Notes under the pieces: generated by a model
Database searches by the model: none
Seen by the model: the letters and a program-made list of their open reading frames with translations, nothing else
What the model was told of the DNA's origin: nothing
Program-made: the position numbers and the translations under genes
In this document: piece by piece, positions 10,210 through 20,686 of the stretch
How positions within the stretch are numbered: the first letter of the stretch is position 1
Layout: each line of letters starts with the position of its first letter
From: an uncultured delta proteobacterium
Lineage (GTDB): Bacteria; Desulfobacterota; RBG-13-43-22
Length of the DNA: 64,000 nucleotides
Assembly (NCBI GenBank): GCA_963790475.1
Contig: CAWBOS010000013.1
Span: forward strand, 1-64,000
Direction: 5' to 3'

Positions 10210-11760
10210 ATGAGCGATGGCTATGATATCTTGATCAAGGGTGGCAGTGTCTATGACGGTATTTCTGAAAATCCGCACACGGCCGATGTGGGCATTGTCA
10301 AGGACAAGATCACCAGGATCGGCACCCTCACCGAATCCGCGTCAAAGACGATAGATGCCAGAGGACTGGCGGTGATGCCCGGGTTTATTGATGTGCACAC
10401 TCACTCGGATTCCCCTTTTATGCTAAGCCGGCGCTTGAGGGAACAGGCCTCAAACCTTCCCTCGGTCAAGGGTAATTGGAATTATCTCCTCCAGGGTGTC
10501 ACCACGGTAATTACCGGCAATTGCGGCGAAGGATTTGCCGATATGGATCGATGGTTCGATTTTTTGGAAAAACTGAAATTCGGTACCAATGTCTTTCATC
10601 TTGCCCCGCACGGACAGATCAGAACATCCCTATTCGGGGATAATCAGCCCCGCATCCCCACTGCTGCCCAACTGGAAGCCTTGAAGTCCCGGACAGCCGA
10701 AGTAATGGAGATGGGCGCTGTCGGACTATCGACCGGCCTGGTATACGCTCCCGGGTTTCTGACCCAGACAGACGAAATTGTGGAGATGGCCAGGGTAGCC
10801 GCTCGATACGGAGGACTTTACGCCTCCCATATTCGGGAAGAATCCGGTCTGGTGTTGGAAGATCAGGACCGGGTTGTTCTGAAAGCGGTCAGGGAAGCGA
10901 TCGAAATCGGCCGTCGGGCTGAGATACCGGTGCATATCTCCCATCTGAAAATATCTGCTCCTTTTGAAGGAGCAAAAGCGCAAGAGGTTCTTGATCTTCT
11001 GGAAAACGCCAGAGCCAAGGGAATGGATATTACCGCCGATCAATATCCTTACGCCGCCGGGTCCGCCGCCCTGACCCTTCTGGCTCCAGGCGAGTTTCTA
11101 AAATATGGCGGAGTGAAGGAGGAATTCAAGTCGAAGGAAGGCCGGGAGGAGATTCTCCGGTCGACGGCTGTCCTGTTTACCTGGCTGCCCCCGGAAAAAA
11201 TAATGATCAGCGAGTGCCAGTCCCACAGAGACTTCGAAGGGTTGAACCTGAAAGAAATTTCGGAAAGAGTATCCACGGATCCGGGGAATGTTTTCGTAGA
11301 CCTGGTCACTGCAGAACGGCCTCCTTTGGCCGTGTTCTTTTCCCAGGATCAGGACATCATGCGTGAAATAATGCCCCAAAGCTATGTCTTCACTGCCTCG
11401 GATGGATGGACCTGTCAGAAAGATTATCTGAAACCCCACCCCCGGTGCTATGGAACTTTCATCAGAAAAATCAAAACATACAGTTTGGATGAAAAGGTAC
11501 TCAGCCTTGGAGCCGCCATCCGGTCCATGACTTCCCTGCCGGCTGCGAAATTCAAGTTGAAGAAGCGGGGACAGATTTCCGAGGGGAGTTACGCGGACCT
11601 GACCATTTTGAACCTCGACCAGCTTTCGGATGAGGCCACTTACCTGGATCCCCACCGATACCCAAAGGGTGTCGAGTACGTGTTGGTCAATGGCGTACCC
11701 GGCGTCGAGCAGGGCAGGCCAACCGGCGTGGAAGCTGGAAGGCCTATTCGGAGGGGCTGA
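10210..11760 (+). CDS. N-acyl-D-amino-acid deacylase (amidohydrolase superfamily)
   Basis: PGFIDVHTHSD, GLSTGL.Y.PG, HISHLK, DQYPY and PHPRCYGTF. Confidence 0.9.
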   Translation: MSDGYDILIKGGSVYDGISENPHTADVGIVKDKITRIGTLTESASKTIDARGLAVMPGFIDVHTHSDSPFMLSRRLREQASNLPSVKGNWNYLLQGVTTVITGNCGEGFADMDRWFDFLEKLKFGTNVFHLAPHGQIRTSLFGDNQPRIPTAAQLEALKSRTAEVMEMGAVGLSTGLVYAPGFLTQTDEIVEMARVAARYGGLYASHIREESGLVLEDQDRVVLKAVREAIEIGRRAEIPVHISHLKISAPFEGAKAQEVLDLLENARAKGMDITADQYPYAAGSAALTLLAPGEFLKYGGVKEEFKSKEGREEILRSTAVLFTWLPPEKIMISECQSHRDFEGLNLKEISERVSTDPGNVFVDLVTAERPPLAVFFSQDQDIMREIMPQSYVFTASDGWTCQKDYLKPHPRCYGTFIRKIKTYSLDEKVLSLGAAIRSMTSLPAAKFKLKKRGQISEGSYADLTILNLDQLSDEATYLDPHRYPKGVEYVLVNGVPGVEQGRPTGVEAGRPIRRG

Positions 11761-11877
11761 GCCCTGGCGGACCTGGAGTCTTCGAAGCACAATTGGCCGA
11801 TCGGGCTTGGACGACCTTTTGCATTTTATTCCGGAAGACCAACTCTTAGAGACCGGGGAACTTTTCAAAGGTCTTTC

Positions 11878-12804
11878 TTACTTGACCGGATATAACCAAT
11901 CCTTAAATCGGGCATCCTTTCCGCTGACGATATCATCGATCAGCCCCGTCACCTTTTGGGTCACCGGTCCCGGTACTTTGGGCAGCACCCGGTCTTCGAA
12001 TTGTCTTACTGGCCAAACTTTTAGCGGACTGCAGGAAAAAAACATTTCTTCGGCCTCGTAAAGCAACTCGGGTTCCAGCCGGCCTTCATACGTTTGGAGC
12101 CCGTTGACTTCAGCCGCCTGAAGGATTGACATTCGGGAGATGCCTGCCAGCACCGTTCCCAAGGCCGGCGTCATAAGCTGACCCTCTTTGATCAGAAAAA
12201 TAGATTCAGTCCCGCCTTCAGCAATAAAACCCTGAGTATCGAGCATAATGGCCCTCTCAAACCCACGTTTGCCGGCTTCAATCCGGGCAACCATGCCGTT
12301 GAGATAGTTGGCGGCTGCTTTGGCCCGCACAGGAACTGTTTGAGGGTCAAGCTTACGCCATTTACTGATTCCGGCGGTTGTTGACGGTTCCTTCCGAAAC
12401 CCTTCTTTTAAGTCCTGGGCCGGATCGAGGGCAAAGATGGAGACATCCAGCGGCTTTTGGGGGGGAATGACTTCGATTGAAAATTCAGAATAGTAACATA
12501 TGATTTTTATGATGCCCTGTTTGAGCTGGTTGCGTTTGACTGTTCCCGCCGCCGCCTCACAAAATTCCGCCGGCGATAAGGGAAGCTTCATATCCAGAAG
12601 TTGAGCGGTTTTAAATAGACGCTTGATGTGCTCCTCGAGCCGAAAAATGACCGGCCCGGAATCGGTCGCATGGACGCTGATAACCTCAAATATGGCCGAT
12701 CCCCGGCCAAAGCTGTGAGACATAATGTGAACCGTGGCCTGCTGCCAGGCCACAAATGCCCCATTCATGTACACGATATGGTTTTCAAGCATTTTCTCTC
12801 CCAT
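11878..12804 (-). CDS. Class IV (branched-chain/D-amino acid type) aminotransferase
   Basis: IFEVI, IFRLEEH, AKAAANY, AEGGTE and VLAGISR. Confidence 0.88.
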   Translation of the reverse strand: MGEKMLENHIVYMNGAFVAWQQATVHIMSHSFGRGSAIFEVISVHATDSGPVIFRLEEHIKRLFKTAQLLDMKLPLSPAEFCEAAAGTVKRNQLKQGIIKIICYYSEFSIEVIPPQKPLDVSIFALDPAQDLKEGFRKEPSTTAGISKWRKLDPQTVPVRAKAAANYLNGMVARIEAGKRGFERAIMLDTQGFIAEGGTESIFLIKEGQLMTPALGTVLAGISRMSILQAAEVNGLQTYEGRLEPELLYEAEEMFFSCSPLKVWPVRQFEDRVLPKVPGPVTQKVTGLIDDIVSGKDARFKDWLYPVK

Positions 12805-12947
12805 CCCTCTTTAAAAGCGTTTAGAAAAAAATTTGAATCCAAAAGGGTTTATAGCCCAGCCACACCAATTCCGCCACAATTTTTTCAACCCATCAAACTT
12901 AATCTAAACGCTGCACAAAAATTCGGAGTCATACTTTCGACTACTTA

Positions 12948-13186
12948 GTCACCTGACCTCCGGCAGAGCAGGAGGCTTGATATTTGCCTGATCGCAAACT
13001 AAAAACCCTGATAAAATCCCTCCCAACCTCCCTTTTTAAAAGGGAGGAGCAGAAACTTCCCCCTTTGTAAAGGGGGATTGAGGGGAGTGGTGGCTCCTCT
13101 GTAAAATTTGATTTGGATTACTTTTTCCCGGAATTGTCAAACTCTGGGAGTCCCCCGGCAGAGCCGGGGTTCACCTAAATGAATTA
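12948..13186. repeat. Cluster of IS200/IS605-end-like hairpins plus a CCCTTT..AAGGG REP-like element
   Basis: cctccggcagagcaggagg and aaactctgggagtcccccggcagagccgggg hairpins flank ccctttttaaaaggg/cccctttgtaaaggggg; no transposase ORF. Confidence 0.5.
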
Positions 13187-13469
13187 TTATAAATATTTTT
13201 ATATTCTTGAATTACACTTAAGAATCAAAGCCTATGGAGCGTGATGAAATGTCATGCCTTTCGGCTTGAAATGTAGGAAAAAGGTGGAGCCATTATGACC
13301 CGCCCCTGACGTCCCCGATTGCAGTATAACCAGACCATTCGGATTAATTAATACAGACTCATTAAATTATCTTCCCCCCTCCCTCCCCTCCCCTCAAGGG
13401 GGGAGGGTTAGGGTGGGGGTGATGTCAACTTATTCATTTATATTTCGTTTGTATTAGTATCCAGTATCT

Positions 13470-14069
13470 CTACATTTTCACCTCGCTGATCTGCATCACC
13501 GGGGCGATCTCCGTGTAGTTGGGAATATCGGCCATGATCTCTGCGGCATGCTGCTCAAAGGCGGCCTGCAAGGCCTCCAGGGAATCGAAATGCAAATGGC
13601 CCATGGCGACAAAAGGGGCTGGGGTCCCTGGCGCCGTTCTCGATCTGTTGAAAGGCGCTCTCGGAGATGCAGATCCCCGGTTGGACAGGGCTTCCAAACG
13701 GGCGGCATTGTTCACCCCCATCCCCGTAGATTGAATCTTCTTCCTCAATCACATCCCCCAGGTTAATCCCGATGCGAAATTCCATCTTGCGGGCTTCCGG
13801 CAGCAGCGCATTCTTGGCCCGCAGCACCTGCTGGATTTCCACCGCACACTCCACCGCATCCACCACACTGGCAAACTCGGCCAGGACGTTGTCCCCCGGT
13901 GACCCTACACCCGTCCCCGATGCTCTCCCACCAGGTTCCGGATCAGCCCTTTGTAGGTGTTCAAGGTCCGCAGGGTCCACTCCTCATCCTCCCCCATGAG
14001 GCGGCTGTACCCCTTGACATCGGCACTGAGGATGGTCGTGAGCTTGCGTTTTATCTTGTCTTTATCCAT
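13470..14069 (-). pseudogene. Frameshifted class III adenylate cyclase N-terminus fused by deletion to an EthD-family C-terminus
   Basis: KRKLTTILSADVKGYSRLM, GDNVLAEFASVVDAVECA, FRIGINLGDV and GVNNAARLEAL across 2-3 frameshifts, then HLHFDSLEALQAAF..IMADIPNYT..PVMQISEV. Confidence 0.8.
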
Positions 14070-14100
14070 AAAATCACCTCATTAAGCCCGAAGTTGAGAT

Positions 14101-14254
14101 AAAAAACCCCACCTCTCTGTTGAGAAACGGGGTTTCCTAAATTCCTCCATATGCTTGCCCCCTCTTACGGTAAAGTGGCGAAACTGGAAGACAGATTATC
14201 TTACTGGTCTGGACTTTGAAAGGGCTACATTATACACGATTTTGGGAATAGTAA
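14101..14254 (-). promoter_or_regulatory. Promoter + structured leader + intrinsic terminator (motif copy 1)
   Basis: Extended -10 TGTATAAT; core similar to 58476-58590; terminator accccgtttctc-aaca-gagaggtggggtttttt. Confidence 0.6.
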
Positions 14255-14437
14255 GCAGGGGGATTTTCTTTTGGAATTGAGACCACGAAAATAGGAGGGT
14301 CCGTCAACAATCAGCGTTTGAAATAAGCATAAAAGGCAGAGCTGTTTTTGACCTTTCCCTTAGATTAAATAGGGAACAGCTGTCACCCATTTAATCCTTT
14401 TTCCCGCACGAAACGAATAATGCACTTACAGGTATAG

Positions 14438-15505
14438 CTATCCGACGCCAATATGTTTCCGGACCCACTGGGGGACAGAGGATAATTTGTAATAATATCC
14501 CATGGTGTGGAAACAGGTGGAAGAACAGAGAGGTAAACATCTTTCTTTAATGGCCCGGAGATCATCTCGGTCGAAGCGTTCCTTCCAAATGGTTCCCCAG
14601 TCCTGGTCATGAGTTATCAGATCAAAACAAGGGGACAGGCTACCGTCCGGGCGGATGAGCGCCCCGTTTATACCCGCTCGACAATCCCAAGAATGGAGAC
14701 GACCTCGCATTCGATCTTTTAAGGTCTGAAGGTGTTCAACGGAGTTTACCATTGTCCAACCATGGTGCTGCTTCTCAATAAGCCAGTCCAAGAGTTTATC
14801 CACCTCCTCATACTGGTCCGGCGTAATGGACAAACCATCTTCCTTATGTTGATAATGGTCAATGTTTACAAAGGTGTGTGGACTTTCGTTCAGATGATAA
14901 TCAGTCCCTATCTTATTTTCATGGGCAATTTCAGTCAAGACCCTGGCGTCGTTGATATTATTCCGGCAGATGTTCATATTTAGAAAAACGATATAGCCAT
15001 AATCTTTCTGTTTTTCTACTAAATATCTGAACTGAGGTTCGATTTTCGACAGGGCTTTGGGCAGACCCTTCAGGGGGGAGATGCAATCCACGGCCAGATT
15101 AATGGCGGTCACCCCAGCCTTTCCCATCTCGTCGATGAATGGTCGGTCCATAAGGTAGCCGTTGGTTGGCAGATAGACAAAAAAGCCGCTCTGGTTGGCG
15201 TAACGGATCACTTCTAAAATAAAATCTTTTCGTATCAGAGGTTCACCGCCCATTAAAGCCAGGACCCGGCAACCGATGGATTTCAGCCAATCAATCGATG
15301 ATTTGGCCGTCTCCAGACTCATTCCCGGCTGATGATTATCATTTTGGAAGCAATAGTGGCAGTCGAAATTACATTTCCAATCGGTAAAGAGGTAACAAAG
15401 AAGAGGGCGGAATTCATTTTGGCGAATCCGTGAGTTAAGGTAGGGGATAACCCAGCGTCGAATGGCGCGGGCACCGTTTTGGCTTTTATAGTAAAAGTTG
15501 TTCAT
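14438..15505 (-). CDS. Radical SAM protein with SPASM/twitch-type C-terminus
   Basis: CNFDCHYC, MGGEPL, TNG and C-terminal CRAG..I.PDG..SPC. Confidence 0.9.
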   Translation of the reverse strand: MNNFYYKSQNGARAIRRWVIPYLNSRIRQNEFRPLLCYLFTDWKCNFDCHYCFQNDNHQPGMSLETAKSSIDWLKSIGCRVLALMGGEPLIRKDFILEVIRYANQSGFFVYLPTNGYLMDRPFIDEMGKAGVTAINLAVDCISPLKGLPKALSKIEPQFRYLVEKQKDYGYIVFLNMNICRNNINDARVLTEIAHENKIGTDYHLNESPHTFVNIDHYQHKEDGLSITPDQYEEVDKLLDWLIEKQHHGWTMVNSVEHLQTLKDRMRGRLHSWDCRAGINGALIRPDGSLSPCFDLITHDQDWGTIWKERFDRDDLRAIKERCLPLCSSTCFHTMGYYYKLSSVPQWVRKHIGVG

Positions 15506-15960
15506 GTTCGCATCCTTGCTTTAGGTGAAGTTAATAGAAATTCAAGGATAATAACGCCAAGAAAGATAATCAGCTACTATTTTATGATAACTGAATTATC
15601 CAAAAAGATAAATACTTTTATTCGTTACTGTTCAAACTCCTGCGTTTTACTCAAAAGGACAGGTTGACGTTTCAGGAAGAAGGTCATTTTATTCTCGGCG
15701 TCCAGCCAATTCAAGGCCAGGAAGATTATTTCTTGCTCGTTTGTTCTTGATTGGTAGATGATAAGAGAATTTCCGGAAGAGACTGATTGAATTTTTATAA
15801 AAAGAACTTATATTGTAAGCATATGTTAATAGGCAACTGCCGTTTTTCTTCCCTTCCCTCTAAAAAAATCCAGATGCCAGGGTAACTGAAGTCAGGATTA
15901 GGATTGGGCGTCAAGGAACCTCCTGGCCCCGACTACCTAAGCCATTGGAGATGAGATAAG

Positions 15961-16866
15961 ATGTCGATTATTCCTAAATCGATCGGCCGTCAGTATCGAG
16001 GACGGACCGGTCAGAGCCTTCCGGACAAAACCGGGCCACGGTTTAGCGGAGGCCATAGCCCTCTTGGACGGCCTGAGGCCAGAGCCCTTCGGATTGTTAC
16101 TTTTAATGTCAAGTTTTCCCGGTATGTTGATCGGGCCCTCCAGCTTTTGGAAAAAAGCCAGGCCCTGCAGGACCTGGATATACTGGCCCTGCAGGAAATG
16201 GATGAAGCCGGTGTCGAAAAGATAGCCAGGCGGTTGGGTTTGAATTATGTTTATTACCCGGCAGTTGTCCACTCGGCCCATGGCAAGAATTTCGGCAATG
16301 CCTTGCTTTCGCCCTGGCGGATACTGGAAGATCAGAAGATCTTCTTGCCCCACTCCGGTCAGATCGAAAAGATGCAGCGCATTGCCGTGGCCGCCACCTT
16401 CAAGATAGGGAAGCAGAAGGTCAGGGCCTACAGTCTTCACCTCGGTACGGCCTTGGAAATCCTCCCCCGGCAGCGAAAACACCAGGTGGAGGTCGTGCTG
16501 GCCGATGCCGAAAGATTTTCCGGCCCGATCATTATAGTCGGGGATATGAACGCCAGAGGCATTGGCCGGTTCCTGGAGAGACAAGGGTATTTTTGGGCCA
16601 CCAAATCGGTGAGAAGGACTATCAGCCTCTTTGCCTGGGATCACATCTTCATTCGAAATTTTGAGGGCAGTCCAAGGGGTGCGGTCGGCGTGGTCAAGGA
16701 CAACCGTCAGGCCAGTGACCACAAGCCGGTTTGGATGGTAATGAGACTGGACGATCAAAAGGGGCCGGCCTTCCCCAAACGCCGATTGCTGCTGCCGGGC
16801 AAAGTCTTACCGACTCTTAATCTCAGACGAAGGAAAAGAAAAAAAGTTTTGATCCGTCTGGTATAA
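15961..16866 (+). CDS. Endonuclease/exonuclease/phosphatase family protein
   Basis: IVTFNV, DILALQE, GNALLS, VGDMN, DHIF and SDHKPV. Confidence 0.88.
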   Translation: MSIIPKSIGRQYRGRTGQSLPDKTGPRFSGGHSPLGRPEARALRIVTFNVKFSRYVDRALQLLEKSQALQDLDILALQEMDEAGVEKIARRLGLNYVYYPAVVHSAHGKNFGNALLSPWRILEDQKIFLPHSGQIEKMQRIAVAATFKIGKQKVRAYSLHLGTALEILPRQRKHQVEVVLADAERFSGPIIIVGDMNARGIGRFLERQGYFWATKSVRRTISLFAWDHIFIRNFEGSPRGAVGVVKDNRQASDHKPVWMVMRLDDQKGPAFPKRRLLLPGKVLPTLNLRRRKRKKVLIRLV

Positions 16867-16948
16867 AATGAACCATAAGACCTAACCAAAGATAAATCCC
16901 TTTTTTGCCGGGAAGTACTGGGTACGGTGTTGCCTTGAGGAGGTGCAA

Positions 16949-17751
16949 ATGAAAAACCCGGAAGACCAGGGCTTTGAAGGCAAGGTGGCGATCGTCACCG
17001 GCGGCGGCGCTGAGGGTGATGGGATCGGAAACGGAAGAGCGGCGGCGATCCTCCTGGCCAGGGCCGGTGCCCGTGTGCTCGTAGTGGATCGGCGGCTTGG
17101 GCCTGCGCACAGCGGACCGCCTCGATGATCGCCGAGGACACAGGCACAGCCGAGGCCTTTCAGTGCGATGTGACCACCAAGAGCGGTTGTGCCGAGATGG
17201 TCGCCGTGTCCCTGGAACGATGGAACCGGCTTGACGTTTTGGTGAACAACGTCGGGATCGGGAGCCGCGGCTCGGTCGTTGACGAAACCGAGGACCGCTG
17301 GGAGCGGGTAATGAGGACAAACGTCACCTCCATGTTCCTCGCCTCTAAACATGCGATTCCAGCCATGATGCGGAGCGGAGAGGGTGGCGCTATCGTGAAC
17401 GTATCCTCTATCTCGGCGCTCCGCCCGCGAGGGCTGACCGCTTACTCCACCTCAAAGGGCGCCGTGATCGCGCTGACCCGGGCCATGGCGGTGGATCATG
17501 GTCCAAGCGGGATCAGGGTCAACTGTGTGGCGCCCGGCCCTGTGTACACACCTATGGTCTACGCGCGCGGGATGACCCCCGAGGCGCGGGAGAGGCGCCG
17601 AATATCCTCGATACTCCGGATTGAGGGGACCGGCTGGGATGTGGGGAATGCGGTCTGCTTTCTGGCCTCACAACGGGCGCGGTTCATCACCGGCCAGGTG
17701 CTGGTGGTCGACGGCGGTGTGACGCTGGTGGGGCCTGAACGGGGGACCTGA
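16949..17751 (+). pseudogene. SDR oxidoreductase split by one frameshift near 17100-17125
   Basis: GKVAIVTGGG..GIGNG in one frame; VNNVG, YSTSKG and RVNCVAPG in the other; real mutation or assembly indel. Confidence 0.8.
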
Positions 17752-17887
17752 TATTTTCCCCCCGGTCTCAAAAGGTTATCCGGATCAGTAAATAGGGCAT
17801 CACCCGATTATCGAACCTCAAAGACAGGTCAAACATCAACTTGCAAACCTGACTTTTCGCGCTTAATTATCTGAGGAGGATAGAAAG

Positions 17888-19270
17888 ATGGCCATAGCCG
17901 GTTTACCACCCTACAACTACCGCAAGCCCGAAGGCATGTGGGGTAAAGATCTATCCAGTCACTCCTTTGAACCTGTCCTGGAAAGGGCCGAAGGAATCTA
18001 TCTCTACGATACCAATGGGAAACGCTATATAGACGTCTCGGGTGGTCCCATGGCCTGTGGAATCGCTCACGGTGACCAGAGAGTCAATCAGGCCATTGCC
18101 GATCAACTGAAAAAGTTTGCCTCCTGCCATCCGGTCTTGTCCAATCAACCCCGGGCCGAATTGTGTGAAAGAATCAGCCGGATAACCCCCTGGGACCTGA
18201 AGACCACCTTTCTTACCCCGGGCGGCGGTTCTGACGCGGTGGAAACCGCTATAAAATTGGCCCGACAGTACCACCTGGCACGCGGCAATAACCAGAAGCA
18301 CATGATTGTTTCTCATTATGACAGCTATCACGGCATGTCCCTGGGCGCCCTGTCCGTAGCCGGTGCTCCGGGTATGAGGAATCCCTATGGCCCCATGCTT
18401 TTTAAGTGGCCGAAAATCAATCAATACTCTGAAACCAGCCGGCCGGCGGATCTAAGTCCCGAGGAATATGGTGCGCGTATGGCGCAGGAACTCGAGCAGG
18501 TTATCCATTTTAACGGAAAACAATACATCTCCGCCTTTATGGCCACCCCTTTCGGATGCGGGAGCGATTATGGGCTGATGCCACCGGCCAGCTACTGGGA
18601 AACGATCAGGAAAATCTGTGATACCTACGATATCCTGCTCATAGCCGATGAAGTGGTTTCGGGTTTTGGCAGGACCGGGAAATGGTTCTGTATGGAACAT
18701 TTTAATGTTCAACCGGATATGATGATCATGGGAAAAGGCATTACCAGCCTGTATTTGCCAATGGGGGCGGTGACCATCAGCGATAAGGTCAATGAACCCT
18801 TTAGCAAGGGCGCCCACTTTAATCATGGTTTCACCAACCAGGGCCACCCGGTTTCCTGTGCCGCCTCTAAAGCGGTCATCGATATACTCGAAAAAGATGG
18901 CCTGGTTGAAAACAGCGCCGAAGTCGGTGCTTACCTCCACTCCCAGAAAGATCGGCTTTTGGCCCATAACACCATAGCCGACGCGCGGGGCCAGGGTTTG
19001 TTCATGGTCATCGAGATCGTGGCCGATAAAAAGACGATGGATTTCTTTCCCCGGGATGCCGAACCGGAATTTTGGTTGCAGTCTATCGGGTTGGAAAAAG
19101 GGGTGGTCTTCTATAACACTTTGTATGGTTCGCGTCGGCCAAGCAGGGCCAAAAGGGGTCTTCCTTTCTGGATTTCACCGCCGCTCTGCATTACCCGCGG
19201 GCAGGTCGATGAGATGTTGGACGCTATTGAAGAGACTTTGACGGCTTGGGAAAAGCAGATGAGTCGTTAA
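17888..19270 (+). CDS. Class III PLP-dependent aminotransferase
   Basis: GSDAVETAIKLARQY, SYHG, LIADEVVSGFGRTG and MGKGITS. Confidence 0.92.
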   Translation: MAIAGLPPYNYRKPEGMWGKDLSSHSFEPVLERAEGIYLYDTNGKRYIDVSGGPMACGIAHGDQRVNQAIADQLKKFASCHPVLSNQPRAELCERISRITPWDLKTTFLTPGGGSDAVETAIKLARQYHLARGNNQKHMIVSHYDSYHGMSLGALSVAGAPGMRNPYGPMLFKWPKINQYSETSRPADLSPEEYGARMAQELEQVIHFNGKQYISAFMATPFGCGSDYGLMPPASYWETIRKICDTYDILLIADEVVSGFGRTGKWFCMEHFNVQPDMMIMGKGITSLYLPMGAVTISDKVNEPFSKGAHFNHGFTNQGHPVSCAASKAVIDILEKDGLVENSAEVGAYLHSQKDRLLAHNTIADARGQGLFMVIEIVADKKTMDFFPRDAEPEFWLQSIGLEKGVVFYNTLYGSRRPSRAKRGLPFWISPPLCITRGQVDEMLDAIEETLTAWEKQMSR

Positions 19271-19357
19271 TAAATCTCCCAACCCTTTCCGAAGCTCAAA
19301 ACCGTTGGCAAAGCTCCGGAGATATCTGGCGATGTGCCTGTTAAAAGGAGGTAAGAA

Positions 19358-19660
19358 ATGGTTAAAGTAGCCTTGTTGGTTCGATTGGAAGCCAAACCCG
19401 GAAAGGAAGCGGAAGTCGAAAGCTTTCTCAAAAGTGGCTTGCCGGTGGTCCAGGAGGAACCGGCCACAACGGCCTGGTTCGGGATCAAACTCGGGCCGTC
19501 CACCTTCGGCATCTTTGATGCCTTCCCCGACGAAGCGGGCCGGCAGGCCCATCTTACAGGGCACGTTGCCGCCGCCCTCATGGCCAAGGCTTCCGAGTTA
19601 TTAGCACAGCCTCCCGTTATCGAACAGGTCGATGTTCTGGCGGCTAAGCTCCCCGGGTAA
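19358..19660 (+). CDS. Antibiotic biosynthesis monooxygenase (ABM) family protein
   Basis: LEAKPGKE, FGIFDAF.DE.GRQAHL; strong SD. Confidence 0.85.
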   Translation: MVKVALLVRLEAKPGKEAEVESFLKSGLPVVQEEPATTAWFGIKLGPSTFGIFDAFPDEAGRQAHLTGHVAAALMAKASELLAQPPVIEQVDVLAAKLPG

Positions 19661-19697
19661 GGACCTAACCCGGACAAGCCGGAACCAAATTTGGTAG

Positions 19698-19822
19698 GAT
19701 CGTAAAAAGTCGCCGAAACAGCTTTTCAGTCATTCCGGCGAAAGCCGGAATCCAGGATTTTCAGAAACCTATCATTTTCCTGGACACCGGCTTCCGCCGG
19801 TGTGACGACTTTTTACTGGATC
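19698..19822. repeat. REP/MITE-like palindromic element, copy 2
   Basis: gtaaaaagtcg...gtcattccggcgaaagccggaatcca...gtgacgactttttac; matches 7943-8075. Confidence 0.8.
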
Positions 19823-20118
19823 ATGACATTTAATAAATTTTATCCAATTTGAAAAGAATTTAAGTCTTTAGTTACTAAAGGGCTTCGGCTAATAAATGAT
19901 TAAGGCGGGGTTTCACCTGCCCTACCCGCCTGTCCGGTTAGGAGGGACTGTTTGTGCTTCTCGCTCCAGGCACAAACGGAAGGGGTGAGGTATTTTATAA
20001 ATTCTAACATAAAGATGAAACTTTCAGGAGAAGAATACCAAACCGGGTGGGGGGGAGTTTAGTGGTATCTCTCGGTCGCATAGGATTAATAAAATCATAA
20101 AAAACGAGGAGGCATCTT

Positions 20119-20440
20119 ATGGGCGAGGTGGTTCACACTTCAAGAATTAAAATCGTCAGAGAAAAAGGCCCAACCCGTCGGGCCATGATAGAAGGATTCT
20201 CGGAACCCGTCTATTATGGAGTTCATGGTGGGATTATGAAATTCTGTCGAAGGTGATGTTGAGAGCGTCAACGGCGTTCTTAAAATCACAACGATCAGGG
20301 TCAAATATCACCTGAAAGTATCCGAAGACAAAGTGTCAAATGCCAGGGAGAGTTTCTCGAACTATATAACTCTCTGCCCTGCCGCCCAGAGTGTCGGTGG
20401 CTGTATTAAGATTGAAGATGAATTAATAATCGAGAAATAA
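20119..20440 (+). pseudogene. OsmC-like protein with internal deletion/frameshift (absent from the ORF track)
   Basis: SD GAGGAGG; MGEVVHTSRIKIVREKGP..YGVHGGIMKF, then shifted frame VEGDVESVNGVLKITTIRVKY..CPAAQSVGGC..*. Confidence 0.65.
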
Positions 20441-20686
20441 TAACTCACCGGACTCAAACCGACCGATGAGGCCGTCAAGTCTTGTTCGGAGGTTAGAGTA
20501 TATCGCATCCACGGGAAGGGTCAGCCGTTGGTTCTGTCATTGATCAACTCCAAAGGCTGGTTTATTTTAACACGCTTTTCGGGATGGAGGCTATTACCAT
20601 ACCGGTTCACAGATGGACTTGGTGAGATTGCGCAATCAATGCCCCCTCCGGCGATGATGGCCGATAAAGTTGTTGAAAACGACAGA

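Noticed and set aside
20240-20265. Selenocysteine readthrough at TGA codons in the OsmC-like gene
   Set aside because: These TGAs arise only after the frame break; the conserved C-terminus is in another frame.
20440-20500. Possible attC after the OsmC-like gene (taac...gttagag)
   Set aside because: Internal complementarity is too weak for an attC fold.
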